Positions 13,401-24,321 of a stretch of 64,000 nucleotides of DNA are shown in pieces. Position 1 is the first letter of the stretch. Each line of letters starts with the position of its first letter. The DNA is taken from contig OZ176054.1 in NCBI GenBank assembly GCA_964247055.1, forward strand, positions 2,914,001 through 2,978,000, given 5' to 3'. Under the pieces are notes generated by a model. The model was not told the origin of the DNA and ran no database searches. It saw nothing but the letters and a program-made list of their open reading frames with translations. A program made the translations under genes and the position numbers. Source of the stretch: Paragordius varius (taxonomy: Eukaryota > Animalia > Nematomorpha).

Positions 13401-16400
13401 AATATTAATTTTATCACCGACCCCAAATGGGGTCGCGACCCATAGTTTAAGAAGCCCTGATTTATATAGTTAAATAAGTTTTTTTTGAAATATTTTCCTA
13501 GAAATAAATATGCCTATTTAAAGTTATTATAACAATTTCCTTTACACTCCATATGTTTAGCTATTTTGATACACGTCGGGCTCAGTCCCGTTTAAAGGAA
13601 TAAAACGGTCAACCGAATAGGCATCTTTAAACAATATTTTCCAATTTAAATCAATGGCCAAAAAGATGGTGACATATAAAGATCAAGTTGAACAAATATA
13701 TCCAAATTATAAAAAAGTTGCATTAACTTTATAATACCAATTAGAAATGAGTTAAAAGAAACGGTTTTTGTACCATGTCGCATATGGTTTTAAAAATTTC
13801 GCTCTTACATTATATTAACATATTAAAAGCTTAAAAATAAACATTATTATCGTTAACAATATTAATAAACTTGGACATTTTAATTTTTAAAGTAATCGTC
13901 TTCGACATCACAGCGATTCATTAATAAGGTGTGTGTTTATAATTTTTAAAATACTTTTTTGATTTAGTTTTTAATTACACTGCTAGATTTCAACCTACTT
14001 AAAATTTTTTTCATATTTTATATTTTAGAACTATTAAGTTTGAACACAAAAAACCCAAACTTATTCACGTAGAAACAGGAGATATAAGGACAATATGGCC
14101 AATAGAGAAGTATGGATGTTCATACCTCCATCAAATTAATTGCTCTTTTCGTAATTGTTATCTCACTGATTGGAATGATCCATTGATTAATTCTAAATTC
14201 CCTTTCATCCCGGTCAAACGAAATAAAATTCAGTATAATGATCAAGCTGATCTTATCCTTTGGCGTGAAGGTTTAGCCTCACCCTTCATGACTACCTTAA
14301 GGCGAAAAAAACGAAATTTCGATCAGATATGGATGTGGCATTCTTTGGAAAGTTCAGATACATTAGTTCCTCAATTGGAAGAATTTGTTCAAGGTTACAA
14401 TTGGACAGCTACTTACAAAAGTAATTCGGATATTGTTACGCCTTATGCAAAATATGTCTTATCTCATTTACCTGATAATATCGCCCCGCAATTTTATAGA
14501 TTATTAACGAAACGAGAAATAAACAAAGCTATAACAAATTTTCAACAAACATTTGTCCATCCATACTTTGGTACCAACTATTCGAGTTATAATACAAGTT
14601 GGTTATCCCCCTCTTCTTCGATAATCAAATATCTACAAACGAAACAAATGATTTTAACTACATCTAAATTGTCACAACATATTATTGATAAAACTTTTTT
14701 ACTTAAGCGCAAGTTTGCAGCATGGTTCGTTTCCAATTGCAATCTCAATCGACGTTTACATTACGCCAAAGAATTGATAAAATATATTCCCATTGATATA
14801 TATGGCAATTGTGGTCCCTTAGTATGTCCTCGTGTGCTAGATAGCTGCTGCAAAGATATGCTGAAAAGAGATTATAAATTTTATTTGGCTTTCGAGAATA
14901 CTGAAGTACCAGAATACGTAACGGAGAAATTTTTTGAAAACGCGTTAAAGTATAAACTATTAATATTTTTGGTAATTTTTTTAAGATAAAGGAAACGATA
15001 GAATTATATAGCCTAAATCAGGAATGTCCAACACAAATATCTTTGCGGCTGCTTTGATAATTTTGTTTATCGATTTTTCGCTAAATTATGGATGATATAT
15101 CTTTTAAAAATCAAATTTTATATTTTTTGACATTTTTAGAGCATTTTTGCATATCGAAAAAAGCTTATTGGACATCCCTCGCCTAAATAATTGAAAAATA
15201 AAAAAGTTGGTTGTAATGCATTCATTATATTTTAAATATGTTTAACACTTCGATTCAAATTCGGGTATTTAAATACAGACTAAATTTAAGTTAGGATTTA
15301 TAAAAAACTACAGAAGGAAACAGTCCCAATTTAAATTTATGCTTTTAACCTAATAAAAATTATATAAATATGCCAAATTATCTAAATAAAAATTTGTTTT
15401 GAAAAATCCATGTCAAACTACTTCGTCGCCATTTTTATTTTATAAAATTGCTGTAAAATATCGTCTTCATTTTATTTTAACGGTAAAATTAAAGCTAATT
15501 TTTTATTTGAATATCTAACATTGATAGAAATATAAAAAGCGGTTTATTTTGTATTATTTTTAATTTTAGCATTGCACACATGTCACGTTGACCAAATTTT
15601 TACCTTTCGGTTTTAGCTTAAAATAAGTAATATCAAGTATTTTTGAATAATTTTATATATTTCGGTTTATTAATGTTATATAAGTGTAAAATTTTGCCAT
15701 GGTTTCGATTCCTTCCATATTTTTTAAAAAATTTAATTTTAAACAGACCTGGGGGTATCCAACTACCTCAATTTGAATCGTAGGACTGAAATGAATGTGT
15801 TGTATCCAGGTGTTAAATAATTGGACAAAATTTCAATATTTATTATAATTAATTGAATAATAATAGTGGGGCCATTGAAAATGTAGGTATTTTTTTAGTT
15901 ATACATAATGCAGTCATTTTTTAGCCTATAAAATGTAATTATTTTCCATGAAAATGGAAAGCAAACTTAACGGAAAAGATATTAATACACATAAAATTAA
16001 TTCATAACCGTACTTATATAATTCAAAAATAGTATAAATTCAATATTTTTTTATCAATAATACAATTTTTTAAAAGCTTAAAAATGAAATTAGGCAATGA
16101 ACAATTTTATATTAGCAATGAATACAAAGTTATGTTTAACTCATTCATAAATAAAATATTGCATTTAGATACGATTTAGTACCGATAGTTTTAGGAGCCA
16201 GGCCTCAGGATTATAGTAAGATTGCACCTCCATTTTCTTTCATACATGTTGATGAATTTGAAAGTCCGGTCCATTTATCTTTATACTTATACATACTTAT
16301 TGCGAATCCTCATTTATATGCAACTTACCTGGCCTGGAAATATATACCCTCCCTCATTAAATATAAAAATGAACAAGCAGAGCAAACAAGTTATTTATTT

Positions 16401-16669
16401 TTATGTAAACATATTTGCGATTGCCAGTTTTTAATCTTATATGACCGGGTAGCATTAACGAAAAAATTCTATTGGCTGAATGTGAGAAAGCGAAAAAAAC
16501 ACATTACATCAACCATTTTTAAGTCATACTACTTTTTAATGTAAATGCTATCGGGCAATAATTTATGAAAAACTAATACTCTATTTTTACTCGTATCGAT
16601 GCTATTTCGGCTTAAATTGGCTAATTACAATAACAAAATCAAATCGTAATGTAATTTAATAATTTCATG

Positions 16670-16700
<31 letters not shown>

Positions 16701-16891
16701 ATCCAAGGTTTTAATCAGGGTTGACTATATTTACTTAAAAGTTAACACACTGTCCCATTCAAACATTAGGACTTAATAAAGATTGGTATAATGATCAATT
16801 TATCGATACGAAATTTTGGTGTCGAGTATGTGGCATGTTAAATCTGGCTCATTATCAGGGAATGAAGAGGACATACGATATGCTAAGTTAA
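10407..16891 (+). CDS. Alpha-1,3-fucosyltransferase (GT10), FucTA-like core fucosyltransferase, type II Golgi membrane protein, 4 exons, about 634 aa
   Basis: Exons 10407-11047, 14029-14949, 16169-16389 (alternative donor 16404), 16770-16891; phases 2,2,1 match. N-terminal signal-anchor; LNLWPENSPGDRIMDQL; NWTATYKSNSDIVTPY; AAWFVSNC; GT10 motif YKFYLAFENTEVPEYVTEKFF; VPIVLGARPQDY..APPFSFIHVDEF; FWCRVCGML. Confidence 0.9.
12128..13459. mobile_element. hAT (Buster/Charlie-like) non-autonomous element family F, 1332 bp
   Basis: TIRs CAGGGCTTCTTAAACT / AGTTTAAGAAGCCCTG; 8-bp TSD ATCTATAT / ATTTATAT (one mismatch); GGGGTCGCGACCC subterminal palindrome typical of Charlie-type ends; no transposase ORF. 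Confidence 0.85.
12400..13290. repeat. Degenerate GC-richer tandem array, period roughly 150-170 bp, inside element F
   Basis: Recurring blocks such as GTTTCTGTAAATTAGCTCCAAA (about 12700), GTTTTCTGAAATTTGGCTCCAAA (about 12865), GTTTTCTAAAATTTGCCTCCA (about 13167) and TGGCGCATTTTTC (about 12741, 13055). Confidence 0.55.
15019..15180. mobile_element. hAT (Buster-type) MITE family H, copy 1
   Basis: TIR CAGGAATGTCCAAC / ATTGGACATCCCTC; perfect 8-bp TSD GCCTAAAT (15011-18, 15181-88); homologous to 19202-19356. Confidence 0.85.
15246..15812 (+). mobile_element. piggyBac-type (TTAA) MITE family C, full-length copy
   Basis: TTAA|CACTTCGAT ... ATCCAGGTG|TTAA; 567 bp; homologous to three other copies in the window. 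Confidence 0.85.
16670..16697. repeat. (TA)n microsatellite
   Basis: Uninterrupted AT run in the last FucT intron. Confidence 0.95.
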
Positions 16892-17459
16892 ATCAAGAAA
16901 AAAGAATCATTAAATTTATCAATATATACCTCATCTAAATATATATGTAAATAAATGATATTTTATCTTATTGTAAATTTTATTTAAAGTTAATCTTACA
17001 CCTTTTTTTTCATAAATAAACCATTTTTTACAATGTCGCTTTTTGCCAAAGCAGTATTTTTTTAAATCAAATTTTATACAGAATCATTTAAATGGCAAAA
17101 TATTTTAAAGGGTTTACAATGGTGTATCATTAGAATAAATTAAAAATTTTTTTTGGCGAAAATGAAGTATAAGTTGTCTAAAAAGTCCAAGTTGATTTTA
17201 CAAAGAATCAATAAATTTCAAACTTCCGCACACGGTTAAGCCAAACTCATGTTACCGTGTTTTAGAGATTATAATAAAATTAATGCAGCACCTCTTATAA
17301 ATTATATGAAAATACAAAATTAGATATTATATTATCAAATTTTTTCAGTTATGTTAACAAAGCCAAAATACCTAATTAAAATAAAATAAAAAACTTTTTA
17401 CACATGTATCATTTATTAATAAAATATCGTATATCGTATAAAAATTCGGTGTGCAAAAT

Positions 17460-20400
17460 TTATTCTTCAGCGTCTGCATTTTGTTGTTTTCCAATCCTTC
17501 TGTCCCTAATAATTTGCACGTCTTCAGGCGTTAGCGGGTGCGGAGGTTTCCCAGTTATTTCCCATTCAACCCGCATTCGTAAACGAGCTTCTTCCATGTT
17601 ACGATTCTAACACGACATATTGACAGTAAAGCTTTAAAAGTGAATGTAAAATTTTAAAGCTTTCTAAGAGAGCAATGATTAGAAAATAATTATGAATTTC
17701 AATTTTAAATTTGGGGAGAAGAGTATAAAATGATACTAAGAAATAAGGTTTTACATATATTACGAATACACATTGGTCGGCATAAAATACAACTTTTGTG
17801 GGAAAAAAATCCGTTTAAATTTTAAATTAGACATAAATACATAGAACAATAGATGTAATCAATTTGTCCAGAAAAAACAATGAAATAGTAATCATCATTG
17901 CACATAAATAATTTGGCACAAAAAGGAAAAAAATATTTTCCCCATAAAAGTTATTAAAAATGGGTCAACTAACATACATACACCACCGAAAAAATTAGAC
18001 TATTAATTTGAATAAAATCGGATAAATACTATGCATATGACATGTTTAGTTGCCAAATATATTGAAATAAGCGTTTGAATTAATGATGTTGCCAAGAATA
18101 AGGCTGATGATATAAAAATAATTATTGAAGACGCTTGATAAATCTAAACTTTTTGAAACATTTTACCTAGGAAAATTACAGTATGCATTTTAATGGTTGC
18201 TTATAAACACTATAGTAAGGCAATCAGCAACACAGTAGTGTATGGAAAAAACAAAAAAATGAAATAAAAATAGTCTTTTATTATCACATTACTTTGTTAT
18301 TTTTTGTTTTTTTTCCATACACTACTGTGTTGCAAATTGTCCAACTATATTGTGAAATAAGCAACCATTAAAATGCATATTGTAATTTACAATATATACA
18401 TACCATAAATATTAAAGCAAAAAATGTGTTAATATATAAATATCATCACAACCACAAATATATCGGAATAAAAACTAATGAATCAATGTATGCTTTAAAA
18501 CAAAAAAGATACCCTATGTTTATATCGCATATATCGATCGTAACCGGGTAAATTGACGAAACCACGTTTCTTTCGTTCAAACCAATTTTTATTGAGGTAA
18601 AGCTTTCCACCTTCGGTGTACATTGTTTCGAAATCGTATTTATCCATTTCACCCATGTATTCTGCAGGGAGCTCAGGTTCTTGTTGAGGTGGTCGTTTAC
18701 ATACAGGGCGTTTTGGAATCACAATTTCTGTCTCGTAACAATGTAATGTATATATATAATTTTTTTATTAAGTATAAGTTTAACTATATATCTTTAAATT
18801 CCCCTTGAATAAAATTTTAATCGTTTATCGGTTAATGGATTCCTATATACTATACTCAAAATTTTCTTACCCTGAATTTAAGAAACATAATAGTATTTTT
18901 TTTCCACAATAAATCTCAAATTTCCAACTTATGGCTGTGACAGCTTGGTGTGCAAAAAGACTAATCTGAAAATTAATCAAACTTTTAAGCAAAAGCTTGC
19001 AGGTGAATGCTACATAATAGACGTATAAACTTGCTAAGAAATGGATTAAAACAATAAACCTAAGACTCACCGCTTCAAATATTAACAAAGTGCAGACAAG
19101 GCTATTTTCACCATTTCATGAGGAACAATAAATTAAAACACAATCCTGCTAGAATAAAAAAAAGTAAACTCAGAAAAAAACGGACGCAACAATTAATAGA
19201 TCAGAGGTGTCCAACACATATTTCTACGCGGTCTGCTTTGATAATTTTTGTTTTTTTTAAATATATTTTAAGCCCAATTTTGGATGATATAGCTTCAAAT
19301 AATCGTATTTTTTTTGGAGCACTTTTGCACAGTGAAAAGCCCGTTAGAGATTCCTGTAATAGATACCAACCTATCTCCAACATATCTCTATTCTGATCAA
19401 TATATACTCAGACAGATGAGCCTATAAAAAACTTGTTTATCAAGTCCTGTAAAAAGTTGAATTATCAACTACGCTGACTCTTTCTTATTTCATTCACTCG
19501 TATGAGCTATCTAGGAACAATAACGATCTAAAATATATGAATTTTTAAAATTTTGAATTGCGGCTTTTTAATATAAAACTTATTTAAGTCTTATTAATTA
19601 TGGGTATATTTGTCTAAAATAATGCCTAAATAAGTATAATTTCGTATAAATTAAATTTTTCCAGGAAGAAATAAACAAAACATATTAATATTTAAACCAT
19701 TTTTTGCAAAAATAATAATTTGGACCATTAATAATTTTGAGTTTTAAAAAACAAACATTCATTTTAAAATCATATTTACCCGAATTTCCAAACAAAAAAC
19801 TATCCTTGTTAAAATTATTGCCGTTTGACAGTTCAGTGTCTTCATTTACCATATTTTGTGCTTCTAAAAGTTGCAAACTTTCTTGATTAGGAGCCGCCAA
19901 GATCCAGGGTAAATTTCCACATTCCGGTTTAAATTCTACCACATATTGACCGGTTCTATTGGCTAATTGTTGATACGTTTCCTTTATATATGTTAACAAA
20001 AAAGAAAGTTATTTTATTTTATAAAGCACTGCAATAAACTATATAATATAGAATGCGATTTACAGGCCATAATTTAACCTGTATACCAATTTACAAATTC
20101 AATAATTAATTAAATGAAAACGATCAAAAATAGATATTTTACATCAAATTTCATTTAAAAAATAAACACCTTTTCAAGTGGCAAAATAAAAAGTGTAAAA
20201 TTTCCATTTTCCCAAGTTAAATTTTGAGAAAAAAAAGTAATATAAATTAACCTGTTGAGCCAACATTGAAATAACTGCTGAGGTTATGTTTAAATAATTT
20301 TTCATGGAGCCTTCAACACGGGCATACAGATCTTTAATGCCAGCGCATTCACATATGGATTTTATAACTCTGTGACAAACTAGACCATGACCTTTTCATC

Positions 20401-23400
20401 GTATAAAAAAAAGTAATAATATGTGAGTTTGACTTTTAATAAGATATGAGTTGATACAAACTATGATATTTATTTATTTGGGATAAGGTTTACAACCGTG
20501 GTGTTGGTTGGGGCAGTAAAACGCGCTAATGTCAAAGGCCAGTTACTAATTAACTGTAAAATCATTATTTGTGCATAAGGGCATGTGTTACGTAAAAAAT
20601 TGCCTCAGAATAACCATGAAGTATGAATATTATGAATATAAACTACTTCGTGGCAAAAAAACTCCGATCTAGAGGCTTACCCTTGAAGATTACATGTTAA
20701 CGCAAATTTTAAAATATCAATGCGGAATTTTACATATTTTAAATCATTTTAATTTTTTTATATGATCACTTTGCTTATGTGAATGTAGGTAGAGCAATAA
20801 ATATAAATTAAATTATTTATCAATTATACACAAAAAATAAAATTGTATTCTAATAAAAGTTAAGGAGATATTCAATTTTTATGTAATTTCAAATAATTTT
20901 ATATTAGATTTAACCAAGTAATATATGTTCCGTAATTTATAATTTGTTATAAATATATTTATATATTAAACCTGGAGCACGTTTGAACATAAACACTTTT
21001 GTTTTACCCATACCCCCATACAATGTGTGATAAACTATAAAACATAACAAAAAAATAATTAATTGTATAATGGAAAAAAAAATAAAATTTATTAAAAAAA
21101 TGACAAAAATACTTGTTCGTTGGTCATAACGCTCAATGTAAACCAAATTTTTAAAGGCTCGATTTTTAGCGATCCGCAATGCTGATCTAGCTTCCTGAGA
21201 ATTTGCTTCTGCCCAACCTTTTAATATAAATGTCGTAAAATATAGATAGTCAATCTTATAAAAAAAATTATACTTAAAAGTTTGGAAATTTTAATCTTTT
21301 GGTTTTATAAAGTACAAGATATCATTTCTTGTTTATATTGTCTAAGGGCTGATTTATATGGGCAAGTAATGTTTAAAGTTAGAGGTCCTTTAACACATTA
21401 TTAAACAAAGCAATAAAATTATATAGCCTATGTTGAATAAATTAAGGACAAAAATATGGTTAACTTTTAAAAAACTGACCGCCATTATAAATACTCAAAG
21501 ATAATTGTTCAAAAAAACTTAAATAAAAAATTAATATTGTAATTTCATAAATTGTTTTAAATACTATAAAGTTTGTTATTAACAAAATTTAAACCGATTT
21601 TGGGAGATTTGTTCTTGATTTATATAATTAAAACATAATACATTTGCATTAATAATATATTAGTTAACTAGTTAAGACGACCGCCTAAACTGCATTTATA
21701 AATTATAAACGGTCGATTCGCTTTTAAATATTTTAACGGTTAAATAAATACATCAGTAATCTCAACATTAAAAATCTATAAAACAAACCACATACCTATT
21801 AGACCATGATGATTCCCAGTTATGACTATACAGTTAAAATAACGTTTTCGACCCATGTTTCCTGTCATACGACAATTTATACGCAGCCTTATGATGCGTG
21901 AATCAAAATTCAAACCCCAAAAAAGTTCTCGAATATTGCGCGGTTTATTTTCAAACGTTGCCAAATATTTCTCTTTTTCACGTTCAGGCATATTTTCTAA
22001 CGAAAGGCTTTGTAAAGAAGATTGTTGTTCATTTGTGAGAAAGTTATCTGTAGATGTCATCTTTTTTATATCACCAGAGGTGGTTTGTGGTTGCTGTTTT
22101 TTATTTGTCGATTCAAGTGCCATTTGTTCACGCTTTAGATGAACGAAATATGTCATGTAATTAGGTATAAAAATCTGTCTTTTTTTTACTAAAAACGGCG
22201 ACATTTTTTGGATTAAAACGGATTAATATTTTATATTTGAATAAAAAGTAGTGTTATTTTTTAATGAAAAAATATTTGCAAATTGGATTAGATGTGTTTA
22301 AGAATGAGGAAATGTTGAATTTAAAAGAAAAAGTATTATTAATAGATAGAGCAATAAATAACAGGGATTAGACCCGGAACCGCTTTTAGTATAGCATATT
22401 TTGGTCTCTCTGAACCTAATTTAAAACTGGTTCCATGGTTTTTTGGTTTAAGAGTTTACGAATAAACTTTATTGTGTTTTTTTAAAAAAGTTTAGAAAAA
22501 TACACTATTTATATAATATGACAAAATTATATTAAAATATGAAAAATTAAATCAACTTTATTAATACTGTTAATAATTCCGATTCCAGTTCACAAAAACA
22601 CTGTTTCTATTGCCCCAATTAAAATTGTTAAAAATTAAAAGATTCCCTTTTCTTAATCAATATACGGTTATATTGACAAAAAAACAATGCCAAAAATATA
22701 ATATTTCATTTTTATTAAAACCTAAACATTTTATGCTATTTAAAGTCAAATATTTAATATACTCCAAGACAATACTTTCTAATAATGCCAATTAATTATG
22801 ATTTAACATAGATAGATTAATTAAATAAAAAGTAGTTTATATACAAAAAAAGATTAAACAAACACGTTTAGTTGATACCAAATAAGTTTGTTGTTTTGCC
22901 AAATATTTGATGGCACCTTCGGGTAAACCCAGCTTTCGGCCACCCATATGACCGCCGGACCAACCCCTTTCCTCCGGAGCCGGTTTTATTGCCTTGAATC
23001 GAAACATTTTGTCCCTTGATATGGCGATATAAAATTATTAAATTAATATTTGTATTACAAAATAATGTAGAGTGTAGCTTCCCCCTATAAAACAAACGTA
23101 GCCCATAGTAAGTTTGTTGATAAAAAAAGTGCCTTTAACTACTAGCTTATTTCAACTTAAAGTAAGGTCTAGTGTTAAGTTAGGATTGTTTAAAGTGAGC
23201 CACAAAAATAAAAAATTGAAATATATTAGCATGATACTAATATTAAGCATCATCATTGGAAAAATTGAAAATAATAGTATAATTTTTTTAAGGGTCATAC
23301 AGGGGTTGGCTAACCATTTATTTTCCCAACAATCGGGATTGTCTATTTACATTGTGTGTCAAATATAGAAGTCCGTATAGAAAGATATGATAGATTTTCT

Positions 23401-24243
23401 GATTAAAATTAATTTGGGGATTAAACGGCATATAAGCGGAATAAATACAAAGTGTGTATATATATGTTATTTATAATGGGCTCGTTATATATTTCTATAA
23501 TTAAATCTAATTGTCCCAAAATAAATATTTTATCTTAGGCAGACACCTCATTTCATTCAATCGTTTTTGGCGTTCAGGATCGGGAGGAAGTTCCTGGATT
23601 TGAGCGATTTCTTTTCCTTCCCTCATCAGTGGAGATGTTAAACCGGGCCAAGCCATATTTTGAGGACCTAAAGTTAAAAATTAGGAGAGTAAAACTAAAT
23701 CGTGTGGTTATAAACGATATGTTGATAAAAATATGAGCTTTTCATACCAAATACAAATACTAGTTGAATATTTATATTTTAAAGTCGCTATATTGATCCA
23801 AAGTAAATTTCGATTAAATTGTAAATCTAACGAATAAAATTTGGTTAATATCGTCCAAATCCAATTAAAAATGTATTACGCAATACGCAAAATACCTAAA
23901 AATTAAAATAAGATCAAAATTTAATGTAAAACAACGATTTATTGATAAAAAATTGTGTATTTATACCTAATCCAATGACTTGTCCGCGGTTGAGGTCTCG
24001 CTGAACTCTGCGATTTTTTCCCTTTCCGCGACCTCGTTTTTTTCCAGCATTACTTACACTGATAACTCCTTTCCATAATTGAGTAGCCGATACTAAAAAT
24101 ATAATTTTAAAAATCTTACAATTTTGAAAGAATGTATTGTGAAACTTTGTAGAGGTATGAAAGTTATTAAATTGTAAATTAATTATAGTTTTGTCAAAAT
24201 TCCAAGCAAGGATTTTTAACCGATTCGCCGTAAAAGAAAGCAT
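17460..24243 (-). CDS. MRPS5: Mitochondrial small-subunit ribosomal protein uS5m, 11 exons, about 577 aa
   Basis: Exons 24243-24120, 24092-23967, 23667-23547, 23014-22917, 22188-21796, 21217-21113, 21034-20972, 20391-20252, 19981-19780, 18727-18513, 17606-17460; all GT-AG, total 1734 nt in frame. Motifs LWKGVISVSNAGKKRGRGK, AWPGL, ERGWSGG, FDSRII...GNMGRKR..IVITGNHHGLIG, IERYD, GHGLVCHR..ICECAGIKDLYARVEG, ETYQQLA. The exon 4/5 boundary has an alternative phase-0 pair. Confidence 0.93.
18179..18382. mobile_element. Tc1/mariner-type MITE family E, near-perfect hairpin
   Basis: TA|CAGTATGCATTTTAATGGTTGCTTAT...GCAACACAGTAGTGTATGGAAAAAA and its reverse complement ending AAATGCATATTG|TA; single arm repeated at 41841-41910. 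Confidence 0.85.
19202..19356. mobile_element. hAT (Buster-type) MITE family H, copy 2
   Basis: CAGAGGTGTCCAAC ... GTTAGAGATTCCTG with perfect 8-bp TSD TAATAGAT (19194-201, 19357-64). Explains ORF 19201-19383. Confidence 0.85.
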
Positions 24244-24321
24244 GGTTTACCATATGATGCAAACCATTCGAACGTTATTCAGATGATATAAAATTAGTTA
24301 GAAATAATTTGAAAAGGCAAA
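24244..24321. promoter_or_regulatory. Putative bidirectional promoter / shared 5' region of MRPS5 and NELFA
   Basis: Only 78 bp separate the two divergent ATGs (24243 on -, 24322 on +). Confidence 0.6.

Noticed and set aside
18871-18970. Strong donor CAGG|GTAAGA in an MRPS5 intron suggesting an extra exon
   Set aside because: Nearby acceptors give stops in the needed phase, and exons 19981-19780 and 18727-18513 already join in frame. It could be a poison exon but there is no support.
20392-20460. Apparent in-frame TGA in MRPS5 (…FFIR*KGHGL), suggesting recoding or a pseudogene
   Set aside because: Resolved by the 63-nt exon 21034-20972 and the acceptor at 20392-93, giving KRAPGHGLVCHR with no stop.
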